A DNA stretch of 64,000 nt from an uncultured Methanoregulaceae archaeon (GCA_963841015.1 CAWJAX010000003.1:736001-800000); one strand, 5' to 3'. Shown: positions 20,548 to 31,125, numbered from the stretch's first letter. The notes: a model not told the origin generated them from the sequence alone. Numbers and translations are program-made.

Positions 20548-21021
20548 ATGGTGTGGAAAAGATATCCATACAACTCAATATGGAGCGAAATGGAGGATAT
20601 GAGAGCGGAGCTGGACGCTCTGTTCCAGCTGGGACCTTACCGGGGCAGATTACTCCCGCCCGGGGGAGTTACTGACAGGATGCTTCCTGCGATACGAGGA
20701 GAATTTCGTGTTGATGTCAGGGAACATGATGATGAAATGATCGTGGTTGCAGATCTGCCCGGTGTGGAAAAGGACGATGTATCACTTCAGATTCTCAACC
20801 CGAGAACCCTGGAGATCTCCTGTGAACGCAAAGGTGAGACAGAGGAAAAATCTGAAGGCTATTATGTGCGGGAAAGGGTGTATGGATCGATGCAAAGGCT
20901 TGTTACCCTGCCCGCAGATGTGACGGAAAAGGACGCCAAAGCCAGTTTTAAAAACGGTGTCCTCGAAGTCAGGCTGAACAAGACAAAAATTTCCCCGAAA
21001 TCGCGTATAGAGATAGAATAA
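20548..21021 (+). CDS. Small heat-shock protein Hsp20
   Basis: VDVRE..VVADLPGV, ERVYG and ASFKNGVLEV motifs; C-terminal IEIE. Confidence 0.95.
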   Translation: MVWKRYPYNSIWSEMEDMRAELDALFQLGPYRGRLLPPGGVTDRMLPAIRGEFRVDVREHDDEMIVVADLPGVEKDDVSLQILNPRTLEISCERKGETEEKSEGYYVRERVYGSMQRLVTLPADVTEKDAKASFKNGVLEVRLNKTKISPKSRIEIE

Positions 21022-21080
21022 CTCTTTTTTCCTGCTGCTTTTTCCGATGACTTTTAGTATTCTTTTCGCTAAAAGCTGTA

Positions 21081-21869
21081 GTGATGGATAAAAAAAAGGT
21101 CAAGGACTATATGACCTATGATGTCGTCAGTGTTGATGTCCATGGCACGGTTAAAGACGTTATCGAAAAAATCCAAAAAACTCATCATGACGGATTTCCG
21201 GTTGTTGATGGCGATGAGGTGGTTGGTTATATCTCGGCCAGGGATCTGCTCTTTGTTCAGCTGACAACACCGGTTAACGATGTGGTATCCAAAAATCTGA
21301 TCGTTGCTGACCCGGAGATGGATATCAATGATGCTGCACGGGTAATCTTCCGAAGCGGAATCCAGAAACTTCCGGTCGTTGATGAGAAAAACCATCTGCT
21401 GGGTATCATCTCCAATTCAGATGTAATTCGCTCCCAGATTGAGCATGTTTCACCAGAAAAGGTCTTCAATTTTATTACCACATTAAAAAAGCTCTATGGA
21501 GTCGATCCTACCCTGGACCGTGGGACAGTACCGGTCAGAGATCTCCTGCCAACCCAGTCAAAAATCTATGAAGATGAACTCGAAGGTCGCATATACGAAA
21601 TCAAAAAAGGACTTGCAGAACCTATCATTGTCGTGAAACGTCCCGGAAAGATAATTCTTGTAGACGGCCATCATCGTGCCATTGCGGCAAAACGTCTTGG
21701 AATAACAGCAATCGATGCATATGTTATCGAAATAAAGGAAGATATTGAACTGGGTATGGAGCGGACTGCTCACGCGATGAACTTAAAATCACTCGATGAT
21801 GTCCAGGTACTCGACTATGCCCGTCACCCGCTTGTAGCGATAACGCATAGACTGGTCAAAAGAGTATAA
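21081..21869 (+). CDS. CBS-pair plus ParB/Srx-like domain protein
   Basis: Two CBS domains (GFPVVD, LPVVD), then LLPTQ...PIIVV...LVDGHHR. Confidence 0.9.
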   Translation: MMDKKKVKDYMTYDVVSVDVHGTVKDVIEKIQKTHHDGFPVVDGDEVVGYISARDLLFVQLTTPVNDVVSKNLIVADPEMDINDAARVIFRSGIQKLPVVDEKNHLLGIISNSDVIRSQIEHVSPEKVFNFITTLKKLYGVDPTLDRGTVPVRDLLPTQSKIYEDELEGRIYEIKKGLAEPIIVVKRPGKIILVDGHHRAIAAKRLGITAIDAYVIEIKEDIELGMERTAHAMNLKSLDDVQVLDYARHPLVAITHRLVKRV

Positions 21870-21970
21870 TACATTTTTCTCATAAAAAAAATAATTTTAG
21901 CATACCTTTTTATGGGGATTTTTCGGGTTTAAGAATCACGTAATCGTGTTCTGTTGCCCATCAACTTCTC

Positions 21971-23149
21971 TTAAGAACCTTCATACCGAAGGTCATACTT
22001 TTCATTCAGTACGTGCTCCTTAACAACGGTTCCATCAGGTATAACGACTTCAGGCCAGAGACGGGTCTTGGAATGAACGACCACCCTGTCCCGCAGGACC
22101 ACACGGGGTCCTATGACAGTATCATTTTCGACACTGCAATGTTCGCCGATGTGCGTATCATTATCCATGATGCAACCCGAGATCGTGCTGTTCGTCCCCA
22201 CAATTACCCGGTTGTAAAGAGACGAGGAAAATACCTTCACATTATTCCTGAGAATACATTTTTCACCTATACTCGTATAGGGCCCAATCAACACATTATC
22301 ACCGATAGTTGTTCCCGGGCCGATAGCAACAGGGCCAATGACCTTGGTGTTCTTACCCAGGGTAATTGAATCCCCCAGCTGAACCGGCCCCTGAATCTGT
22401 GCTCCATGCATCGACAGGTTCCCGATGATGTCAGTAAAGGCAATTTCCTGGAGCTTCCAGCGCTCAGCCTGACGGAGGGAATGGGGACTACCCACATCAG
22501 TCCAGTTACCCCGTGCAAGCCAGCCTTTCAGCACAAACTCTTCCTCCATCATCCGAGGGAAAAGATCGCGGGCAAAATCATATTTTGTTGCAGGCGGAAT
22601 ATGATCAAAAATTGCCGGGCTGCAGATGTACATTCCGGTGCTTGCGAGATTGGAGAAGATCTCGCCGGGCGCCGGCTTTTCCTTGAAACGTTTAATTTCA
22701 TAACCAACATCGATCTCAGCAATACCGTACTCACCGGGATCGTCTATGGATATCAGGCCTATTGTTGTGGTTGCTTTCTCTTTCTGGTGAGCACGGTAAA
22801 ACTCAAGAACATTTAAATCAGTAACATGGTCTCCCCCGACGACAAGAAAATCATGCCCGTCAAGATATCGCTGGGCGTTTTTCACGCTTCCGGCAGTTCC
22901 AAGCTTGGTTTTCTCATGAACGTAGGTGATCTCAACACCGAATAAAGAACCATCACCGAGAGCTTCCTCAATTGAATTCCCCATATACCCTAACGTGAGC
23001 ACAACTTCCCGAAATCCCAGATTCGAGAGGTGTGAGACCAGGTGCTGGATTGAGGGGCGGTTGACAATGGGAATGCAGGGTTTTGGCCGTTCAAAAGTGA
23101 GCGGACGGAGACGCGTCCCCTCCCCCCCGCACATTATACACACCTTCAT
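21971..23149 (-). CDS. NDP-sugar synthase (sugar-phosphate nucleotidyltransferase with left-handed beta-helix)
   Basis: GGEGTRLRPLT..RPKP, GTAG and FKEKP motifs; hexapeptide repeats. Confidence 0.92.
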   Translation of the reverse strand: MKVCIMCGGEGTRLRPLTFERPKPCIPIVNRPSIQHLVSHLSNLGFREVVLTLGYMGNSIEEALGDGSLFGVEITYVHEKTKLGTAGSVKNAQRYLDGHDFLVVGGDHVTDLNVLEFYRAHQKEKATTTIGLISIDDPGEYGIAEIDVGYEIKRFKEKPAPGEIFSNLASTGMYICSPAIFDHIPPATKYDFARDLFPRMMEEEFVLKGWLARGNWTDVGSPHSLRQAERWKLQEIAFTDIIGNLSMHGAQIQGPVQLGDSITLGKNTKVIGPVAIGPGTTIGDNVLIGPYTSIGEKCILRNNVKVFSSSLYNRVIVGTNSTISGCIMDNDTHIGEHCSVENDTVIGPRVVLRDRVVVHSKTRLWPEVVIPDGTVVKEHVLNEKYDLRYEGS

Positions 23150-23371
23150 AGCACAAATTTGGTGCTGAACCGTTTTAAGTATAGTGCTGGGCTAAAAGAT
23201 TTTTCCTGTTCTCTAAAAAAGGTGAATAAAGTTTGTCGGGCCAGAACACTGTTGTAGTCCATGGATAGGGTAGAAAAAAATAAGAGTGTCCCTTCATTTG
23301 CCCGATAATTGAAAATCATTCACGGGTATTATATCAAACCAGGACAAAAGATTACACCAGGAGACGTATGC

Positions 23372-23638
23372 ATGAATGAAGAAGAGTACCGGATCTTACC
23401 GGCGGTGAAAGGCAGGGTGCAGTGCCTGGCTGAAAAAAAAGAGCCGGTTGAGAACTGCGGGTTCTGTATCCATTGCCGGGAGTTTGGTATTGGAGGAACA
23501 TTTGTGAAATCCCCGTCTCTTGCTTACTGCACGAAATGCCGGGTAACCGAACGGGTGGATATGGCGAAAGTAACCTCAGTGAAATGCGCCGATCGCCAGG
23601 GAGGGGGATTCCACAGCATTACAAATCTTATCAGCTGA
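23372..23638 (+). CDS. Small Cys-rich hypothetical protein
   Basis: ATG 23372 after GGAG; CGFCIHC and CTKC motifs. Confidence 0.6.
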   Translation: MNEEEYRILPAVKGRVQCLAEKKEPVENCGFCIHCREFGIGGTFVKSPSLAYCTKCRVTERVDMAKVTSVKCADRQGGGFHSITNLIS

Positions 23639-23675
23639 ACTTTTTTTTACATTAAATACCGAATGAGATTGTGAT

Positions 23676-25118
23676 TCACGAAGTCAATTGCGTCACTATC
23701 GCATCCATATCGACATGTTCTTCGAAAAGATCTGCCAGGAGATCATAGGGATCGGACTGATCAACTGGTATCGGAGAAAAAGACAATCCTTTTTTCGCAG
23801 AAATGTAGGAGAGCAGGGCGTTTACTGCTGACGGGTTCAGAAACATTCCGTGCAGGTAGGTACCAAAGACCAGACCATCGTCACTAACCCTCCCATCACC
23901 TTCAAGGGCTTCGCGGTTCCTGCCGGATTCAGTTATTCCCATATGGATCTCGTAACCGCAGACCTCCCCCATTGCTGAAAGGATAGGAGGTATTAAACAG
24001 GCAGTTCGCTTGATCTGGAGGGTGTTTTTTTCATACGATGCAAATCTGGTGACGCAGTCAAGCAACCCAAGCCCGTTGTACGTGCCGGCAGCAGACTCAT
24101 AACCGGAATCGATAAGTGTTTTTCCGAGCATCTGGTACCCCCCGCAGATCCCTATGATCGGTATACCCCGGTCTCTTCCCAATCGGATTTCGCGATCTGT
24201 ACCTGTCCGGAACATAACGGCGAGATCATCAATAGTGTTCTTTGTCCCGGGAATAATTACACAGTCATAATTATCCAGCGATGCGCCGGGGGATACATAT
24301 TCCACAGCAGCATGCTGTTCCAGCAGTTCAAAATCAGTGAAATTAGAAATTTTTGGGAGCCTGATCACCGCAACCCTGATTTGTGCATTTTTTGTTTTTT
24401 TATCACTGATTGAAAGCGAATCCTCACTTGGCAGCGGGATAGTGAAAAACGGAACAACTCCCAGTACCGGAATACCCGTGAGTTCCTCCAGTTTTTTCAC
24501 TCCGGGAGCAAAGATGGCGGGATCTCCCCGGAATTTGTTGATAATAATACCTTTGATAAGCGGCCGGATATCTTCTGGCAGGAGCTCAATCGTCCCATAA
24601 ATTTGAGCAAATACCCCTCCCCGTTCAATATCAGCAACAAGGATCATCGGTATCCGAAGGATTTTTGCCAGCTGCGTGTTGGCAATATCCCGGTCGTAAA
24701 GGTTCAGTTCCGCAGCACCCCCCGCACCCTCCACCACGACCTGACCATACCTTGATTTCAACCGTTCAAATGATTCCAGCGCCTTTATGAGAAGGGCTGG
24801 CGTTTCTTTGTAATAATCCCCGATATGAATATCTTTGTACGGATGCCCGTTGAGCACAACCTGAGATATGCAATCCCCTTTTGGTTTGAGAAGTATTGGG
24901 TTCATATCCGTGTCAGGGATAACTTTTGCAGCAATAGCCTGCATTGCCTGTGCCATCCCAATCTCTCCTCCATCCTGCGTTACGTAGGAGTTCAGGCTCA
25001 TATTCTGGGACTTGAAGGGTGCAACTGCTATTCCACGTCGAATCAGGCATCGACAGATTGCTGCAACAGTCACACTTTTTCCAACATGGGATGCTGATCC
25101 CACAACAAACAGGGACAT
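23676..25118 (-). CDS. cobQ: Cobyric acid synthase
   Basis: PFKSQNMSLNS, NPILLKP, ISNFTDF, GICGGYQMLG and GTYLHG motifs. Confidence 0.96.
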   Translation of the reverse strand: MSLFVVGSASHVGKSVTVAAICRCLIRRGIAVAPFKSQNMSLNSYVTQDGGEIGMAQAMQAIAAKVIPDTDMNPILLKPKGDCISQVVLNGHPYKDIHIGDYYKETPALLIKALESFERLKSRYGQVVVEGAGGAAELNLYDRDIANTQLAKILRIPMILVADIERGGVFAQIYGTIELLPEDIRPLIKGIIINKFRGDPAIFAPGVKKLEELTGIPVLGVVPFFTIPLPSEDSLSISDKKTKNAQIRVAVIRLPKISNFTDFELLEQHAAVEYVSPGASLDNYDCVIIPGTKNTIDDLAVMFRTGTDREIRLGRDRGIPIIGICGGYQMLGKTLIDSGYESAAGTYNGLGLLDCVTRFASYEKNTLQIKRTACLIPPILSAMGEVCGYEIHMGITESGRNREALEGDGRVSDDGLVFGTYLHGMFLNPSAVNALLSYISAKKGLSFSPIPVDQSDPYDLLADLFEEHVDMDAIVTQLTS

Positions 25119-25281
25119 ACCTTATTTACACGTGGATTTTCGGATCATAAAAAACAGATTCTCATTGTTTTCGCGGGATCAGTTCAGGTCTCCCCAAAAA
25201 TACCTTTATTTTGGCTGAAAACGTCAATATTCCTTCGGGCAATGCCAAGTAATAAATAACCAGAAACGTAAAATACATGTA

Positions 25282-25587
25282 ATGATTGGTGGGATTTGCC
25301 CGACGTGTGGACTACCGAAAGAACTATGTATCTGTGAAGAGGTAGCAAAGGAACAACAGAGGATCAATGTCAAAGTGAACAAACGCCGTTACGGAAAAGA
25401 AGTAACCGTTATTGAAGGACTGGATCCAACTGATATCGATCTTGAAGATCTTTCCAAATATATGAAAAGCAAACTCGCCTGTGGCGGTACGGTGAAAGGA
25501 AACTCAATCGAGTTACAGGGTAATCATCGCGACAGGGTTAAAGAACTGCTTTCGCTGAAAGGGTACAGCACGGAAAATATTTCCTGA
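25282..25587 (+). CDS. Translation initiation factor aIF1 (SUI1/YciH)
   Basis: [26 protein letters not shown] and IELQGNH motifs. Confidence 0.95.
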   Translation: MIGGICPTCGLPKELCICEEVAKEQQRINVKVNKRRYGKEVTVIEGLDPTDIDLEDLSKYMKSKLACGGTVKGNSIELQGNHRDRVKELLSLKGYSTENIS

Positions 25588-25657
25588 TAATTTTTTTTTT
25601 GAAAGTTTTTAAAAATTGGCTTTTGGAGAATTCCTTTTCCATTGATATGAATTTCAG

Positions 25658-25793
25658 GATGCTGGTACGATGAAGGAGGGGACGGTGCCGGTCCCCCCAT
25701 ACCGCCCCTGCACTGATCGATACTGACAGAGCACCTGGGGGGGTTATCGCATTAGGGGAGCCACAGCAGCGGGGGTGAAACCCCCTTGAGCGT
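25658..25793 (+). ncRNA. Candidate structured small RNA (K-turn / C-D-box-like)
   Basis: GC-rich island in an AT-rich intergenic region; ACGATGA near the 5' end, CTGA at 25713 and 25723, TTGA near the 3' end, several hairpins; strand inferred. Confidence 0.45.
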
Positions 25794-25868
25794 AGAGAAT
25801 GTAATTGAGCATTTCTCAAGAGTCAAAAAATTGTGTTTTTTCATTCTCTCTTGTTCAATAAAAAAAGA

Positions 25869-26904
25869 TCAGATAAAGAACCTGAAGGTAACCCAGGCAA
25901 TAATCACCATTATAGCGGAATACTTCAGCCCTGCAATAAGTCGCCCTTCCCCCATCTGGCCGGCAACAAGTCCTGAGAAGAATCCCTGGAGCAGTGCCGC
26001 ATGGGTGAATAACCGTTTGTAGAGAAAAAGGTCCACCATTCCCATGAACCCACGGGCACCAGCTGCTGATGCTGATGCACCGGCGGTAGCCATTGTGGTC
26101 AGGAATGTTGATACCAGAATTGCAATGACAAACAGGAAAACGGCAAATGAAACGAGCACGATAATCACATAGATCAGCATGTTGTTGCTTCGTTCCTGAG
26201 CAAGGTTTACAACTTCGAAGGTATCTTTCGCTGCCGCCCGAAGCACCTCACTGATATCCCCGCCGGCTTTGCTTGCTTTTGCTATCAGGTCAACACTCCG
26301 GTCAGCAAGCGGAGTGCCGAGCTCTTTTCCGAAACGGTACATTGCTTCAACAAAGCCGGCACCCCATGACATATCCTGATCGAGCTTCCTGATATGGGGG
26401 GTAAGCGTCGAATACTCCGCACCGGCTGACAATGTGCACAGCATTTGGCAGGGTCATGCCGGAATCGTTCATGCCCGCAAGATCCCGGAAGAAATTCGGG
26501 AGGGCATTTTCCAGGTTCTTTACACGCCGTTGTTCTTTAAAGTCAAGGATCGCTACCGGAATAATCGCAACCAGAACTGCAAGAACCAGAAAATCATCAA
26601 TAATTGTTGAGGTAAAAAGGACCTGGATCCCGTATGACATCACCATCGACACAAAACCACCGATGAAAATGATAATGGCGAGGGGTATGGTGACGATGAA
26701 TATGTTGACGGGTTTTTCTGTAAGCACCCTGAAAGGGTGTTTTAGGAATTTTCCCAATCCTTCCCGGGTCTGTCGATCACGCTCAAGATTCCTGGTGATC
26801 TCATCGAGTTCGGGTTCGATTGCACTCAGTTCGGCTGATTTGAGCGGAGTCGGGGTTTCACTTCCACGGTTGAAGATATTTCTGAAGGTTTCTTTGACGT
26901 TCAT
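25869..26904 (-). CDS. Type II secretion F-family (PilC/TadC/FlaJ-like) membrane platform protein (frameshift near 26430)
   Basis: LPNFFRDLAGMNDSGMTL joins AEYSTL...KASKAGGDISEVL...GQMGEG across one extra base. Confidence 0.88.
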
Positions 26905-26905
26905 T

Positions 26906-27829
26906 TCAGGTCTCCGGAGTCATGGAACTGATCATTACAACGAACGCAATACTGCCTAACGGGATCATGACATAAATGACCATATAGAGAAACATCGGAT
27001 TGTTGTCGCCATTGAGCACCGACATGATTGACTGGAGAATAATCAGAAACAGCGTTCCTGCAACCATGGCGGTCACATAGGACTCAGAGACGAGTGCCAG
27101 GGTTTCCAGGAACATTTTCTGTGTCTGCCGGTTTTCGAGTGCATACTGCTCGGCTTTTGTCCGGAAATAATCAGTGATGTTACCACCACTCGCAACACTT
27201 GCCATTGTTCCCTGTAAAAATTCCTTCATGCGCCTGCTTGGAGTACTTGCCGATACAAGGCGGAGGGAATCGATCAGGTCCCTGCCAAAAATATCAATCT
27301 CACGCGCAATATAACGGGCCTCCACTGCACTCTCACCATATATCTTGCTTCCGCCAAGGAGCCGGAACACTTCTGCCGGGGTTATACCCGCAGTGGACAT
27401 CGAAGTGATGTAGTTAATCGCATACGGCAGGGTCGCATCAATATTCCTGCGACGGTTCCCTGCTTCAAGACCAGGATACAGGATAAATGCAAGGTAGGTA
27501 AGTCCGCCGAACACCAGAAGTGAGAAGATTGTTATAACGACGGTTCCGATAATAAGAGTATATGGTGAAAGTCCCAGAACTACCTCAGGCACCTCTCCCT
27601 TGTATTGAATGAGATTGGGAACTTGTAAAATCCAGCTGATGATGCCAATTACAAATGCCATCAAGAACCCGACAATAATTGCAGAGACGTATGCTGTGGA
27701 GAGATAGACTTCAAACGGAGTCCTGAACCGTGCAGAGACCAGGTCGTTTCTGAGAGCCGCATAGTCATCCCTTTTTGCCTTCATCCGTTTACCAAGGAGG
27801 TTGAAACAGAATCGCTCATAACTATTCAT
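26906..27829 (-). CDS. Type II secretion F-family (PilC/TadC/FlaJ-like) membrane platform protein
   Basis: IDATLPYAINY, IFGRDLIDSL, TPSRRMKEFL and SGG motifs; TM helices. Confidence 0.92.
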   Translation of the reverse strand: MNSYERFCFNLLGKRMKAKRDDYAALRNDLVSARFRTPFEVYLSTAYVSAIIVGFLMAFVIGIISWILQVPNLIQYKGEVPEVVLGLSPYTLIIGTVVITIFSLLVFGGLTYLAFILYPGLEAGNRRRNIDATLPYAINYITSMSTAGITPAEVFRLLGGSKIYGESAVEARYIAREIDIFGRDLIDSLRLVSASTPSRRMKEFLQGTMASVASGGNITDYFRTKAEQYALENRQTQKMFLETLALVSESYVTAMVAGTLFLIILQSIMSVLNGDNNPMFLYMVIYVMIPLGSIAFVVMISSMTPET

Positions 27830-30233
27830 AAAGGTCCTTCCTCACTTTTTCGATAACTGCTTCGGGATCACGATGATAGGAGATAAGGATCTTAGCAACA
27901 TCCTTGTAATGCCGGATCTTCTTGATCCGCATCCATTCAAGCACTTCCTGGCGACGCTTTAACTCCTCGCGCATCCGGTTCTCGCTCCACCCTTTCGCCT
28001 CCATGATCTCTTCGAGAAGATAGGACTTTCCTGAGTAGGTGATCTCATCGGTCGCTGAGCGCCACTTAAAGACCTCGTTGGTGATAAGTTCGTTGGTCCT
28101 TGGATCTATATCCAGGATCTCAACAATCTGCTTGTTCCTCCTGATACGTTTACCTCCAACCCGTCCCTGTACCTGGACACAGATAAAATCAAGCGCAGAA
28201 AGCATGTTCCGGGGGACATCCATAGGAGGGTTCTCGATACGGTGGACGACACTTGCCACTGAATCTGCGTGGGTTGTAGAGTAGGTGGTGTGACCGGTGC
28301 TCATTGCCTGGAAGAGGGTCTGGCATTCTTTGCCACGTACTTCTCCCACGAGGATGTATTCTGGACGCTGTCGCATCGCAGCCCGCAGAAGCTCGTACAT
28401 ATTAATCTCACCCCTGCCGGATGTGTCGAACGAATCGCGGGTAACACTGGGGATCCAGTTCGGGTGAGGGAGCTTCAGTTCGCGGGTATCTTCCAGGGAT
28501 ACTATCTTTGACAACGGGGGAATAAACAAAGAAATGGCATTGAGAGCCGTGGTTTTTCCGGATGCAGTTCCACCGGCAAAAATCGCAGATTTGCCATTTT
28601 CAACGCACAGCCAGATATATGCAATCGAAAGCGGAGCGAAAGTACGCCATTCAATAAGATCGGTCGGGGTAATCGGCTCATCCTTGAATTTACGGATGGT
28701 GAAGGTGGAACCGTGTGCAGTTACTTCCTGGCCAAGTGTCATCTGGATACGCGAACCGTCCTGCATAGTTGAGTCAAGAATGGGCTGTGCGATTGAGATG
28801 TATTTTCCCGATCGCTGGGCAAGCTTGGTAACAAACGAGTCAAGATCCTCAGCATTGGTATAGCTGAGGGTAGTCTTCATCGACTCGTAGTTGGCATGAT
28901 ATACAAAGAGTGAAGTATGGACTCCATCACAGGAGATATCCTCAATATATTTATCATGCATTATCGCATCGATAAGCCCGTCCCCAAGGAATTCCTTGTG
29001 CATGTTGTAGAGGATAACCTCACGCTGCACGGGGGTAAGCTTGATACCAAAATCAAGAATAACATCGGTCGCGGCAGCCCGCAACTTTATTCCGGCTTCC
29101 TCTTTAGAGATATCTTTTGTGTTGATATCGAGTGTTTCAAAAAGCCGTTCCTTCAACTCTTTTAACAGCTCTTTCTCCGGATCAGTCAGGATGGGTTCGA
29201 GCACCAGGTAGGTGTACTCATGAGTAGTGTGATCATAGATAATCTGGATGTAAGCGTAGGGGGGATTGACCGGATAAATCTCAACTTCTTCAATACCTGG
29301 CTGAGCCCTGAAGGAGATATCAACCAGGGGACCATGTTTCTTGGGATCATATTCTTCAAGCGTTGAATGAACCGCTTTGAAAAGTGTGCGCAGCCCGAAT
29401 CTTTTTTGTTCAGCCTTGGGTTTTTTCGTGTCAATTCCAATGTCTGACCCAATGTCGAGATCCTTAAAACCAGCGGTGGAGAAGTTTTTCTTCCAGATCT
29501 CATCAAAATCCGGGGGCAGTGTTCCCGTACCTTCAAATGCACTGATACGACCGTGGAGTTTGAGTTCATCTATCTTAAAGGATACACCCTTGGGAAGGAT
29601 AAGACCGGAGATATCGGAGATCTGGTCAACATTGATAATTTTCTGATCGGCATCAGTTACCTGCTCGACTGCTGCCTCCGGTGATGACGTAACTTTTTTT
29701 ATGGATTTTGCCCTGACGGCTGCCTTGGGGTCTTCATCAATTATCTCGATCACGGTATCTTCTTTGATTTTTTTGTTGCCGGGAGGTGAACCGGGGGGCT
29801 GGCTGGTTCCGCTGTTTGCCAATAATACACCCAGGGACTCCCTGACATCAGATCTGCCAATAACATCACCAGGTTCGGCAGGAGGTTTTTGTGGCTGCTC
29901 AACGGATTGACGGGTTTTTTCCTGCAGATCATCTGCATCGGAAAACTCAAGATCGTTCTGAACCGGTATGGATGCTCGCGTGCGTACAGGTTCTGCGGGT
30001 TGCCTGACAGGAAGGGCAGGCCCCTCATTGTTTGACGCTTCCATCTTTTTTCGGAGAGCATCGAAATCACCAATTTGAGAGGTAGATCTATCACCAGCTG
30101 TGGGGGTTTGAAGGAGATCTGCAGTTTCTTTAGGTTTCTGCACTACCTCATTTTTTTTGTCTCCTTTGATCTTACTGATAAGGAAATCTACATTATCCAG
30201 TGCATCATCATCATCATTATTCAATCCAGACAT
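27822..30233 (-). CDS. Type IV pilus/archaellum-type assembly ATPase (PilB/FlaI family) with long N-terminal extension
   Basis: EDISCDG, FTIRKF, Walker A GGTASGKTT, RQRPEYILVGEVRG and TGH...THA motifs. Confidence 0.94.
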   Translation of the reverse strand: MSGLNNDDDDALDNVDFLISKIKGDKKNEVVQKPKETADLLQTPTAGDRSTSQIGDFDALRKKMEASNNEGPALPVRQPAEPVRTRASIPVQNDLEFSDADDLQEKTRQSVEQPQKPPAEPGDVIGRSDVRESLGVLLANSGTSQPPGSPPGNKKIKEDTVIEIIDEDPKAAVRAKSIKKVTSSPEAAVEQVTDADQKIINVDQISDISGLILPKGVSFKIDELKLHGRISAFEGTGTLPPDFDEIWKKNFSTAGFKDLDIGSDIGIDTKKPKAEQKRFGLRTLFKAVHSTLEEYDPKKHGPLVDISFRAQPGIEEVEIYPVNPPYAYIQIIYDHTTHEYTYLVLEPILTDPEKELLKELKERLFETLDINTKDISKEEAGIKLRAAATDVILDFGIKLTPVQREVILYNMHKEFLGDGLIDAIMHDKYIEDISCDGVHTSLFVYHANYESMKTTLSYTNAEDLDSFVTKLAQRSGKYISIAQPILDSTMQDGSRIQMTLGQEVTAHGSTFTIRKFKDEPITPTDLIEWRTFAPLSIAYIWLCVENGKSAIFAGGTASGKTTALNAISLFIPPLSKIVSLEDTRELKLPHPNWIPSVTRDSFDTSGRGEINMYELLRAAMRQRPEYILVGEVRGKECQTLFQAMSTGHTTYSTTHADSVASVVHRIENPPMDVPRNMLSALDFICVQVQGRVGGKRIRRNKQIVEILDIDPRTNELITNEVFKWRSATDEITYSGKSYLLEEIMEAKGWSENRMREELKRRQEVLEWMRIKKIRHYKDVAKILISYHRDPEAVIEKVRKDLYE

Positions 30234-30376
30234 CACCCTTTAACCCAGATTTAGGCGTCATTTTTTATTAATTTATTTTTTTTACATTTAATACTATATA
30301 AAATGTTGCTATTGTCATTGTAAACATTCTGAACGATTTTTATTAAAAAAATCATTTCAACACGTGAATAATCCAA

Positions 30377-31108
30377 TTATTCACCGGAAATCTCTGACTG
30401 AATATTTTTTAAAACCACGCGTATCAGTCCAAGATGTGCATCTGCGGTGGTAAAAACACACAGGAATAGATCCCCGCAGGGGGCTACAATAAATTTGTTC
30501 TCATTCGTTTCAAGGATCATCTGATCAAGGGAACCGATGTTCAGGTCCCGGGCAATTTTGGCCCCTGCCCGCACAAGATCTTCAGCAGAGGCTGCAACAT
30601 GCTCAAAGTCCACATCACCTATACATTGGATGGAAAAACCTTCGAAAACTGCAGCAACTGCAATAACCCCGGCAAGATTTTTTATCTTTTTTAATGTGTT
30701 CTCATCGAGAATCTCGGAGATTTCTGAAATATCATCAGTCTTGTCATCGGGATCGTCAGAATCCAAAAGGGGGACACTCTCGTTAATGACAAGGCCTTCT
30801 TCAACGCAAAGCTGAACAGCACGGGTGAATTCTGCCTCGGTGTATTTTCTGATATTGAATGTCTGCGGGGAATCAAAGCTGCCGGTTGATTCCATAACCA
30901 TGTGTAAAAGAGCAGACTTTCCCCGAAAAAATCCTTCACTATCTTTAAAATATGCACCTACCATCTTCCCATTGTCATTGAGAATAAAACCATGACCGGA
31001 TAGTGTTTCTGCCTCCACTAAACCACGGAAGGTCAACAGATACTGGCGCAACCCTTCCTTGTGTGGATTGGTAATTATTCCCTCAACAGTTCCTGCGGGT
31101 AATCTCAT
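30377..31108 (-). CDS. DUF2226-like N-terminal domain fused to a roadblock/LC7 domain
   Basis: Starts MRLPAGT; C-terminal LAGVIAVAAVFEG...IGSLDQMILE...AHLGLIR is a roadblock pattern. Confidence 0.75.
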   Translation of the reverse strand: MRLPAGTVEGIITNPHKEGLRQYLLTFRGLVEAETLSGHGFILNDNGKMVGAYFKDSEGFFRGKSALLHMVMESTGSFDSPQTFNIRKYTEAEFTRAVQLCVEEGLVINESVPLLDSDDPDDKTDDISEISEILDENTLKKIKNLAGVIAVAAVFEGFSIQCIGDVDFEHVAASAEDLVRAGAKIARDLNIGSLDQMILETNENKFIVAPCGDLFLCVFTTADAHLGLIRVVLKNIQSEISGE

Positions 31109-31125
31109 AAAATGAGGACGGGAAA

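Noticed and set aside
25700-25790. Hammerhead ribozyme, cobalamin riboswitch, SRP or RNase P RNA
   Set aside because: The core motifs are not matched (CUGANGA spacing is wrong; no B12 box, SRP helix 8 or RNase P GAGGAAAGUCC)
25869-30233. Archaellum (fla/arl) operon
   Set aside because: No archaellin, FlaH, FlaF or FlaG; one ATPase plus two short platform genes fits a pilus system better
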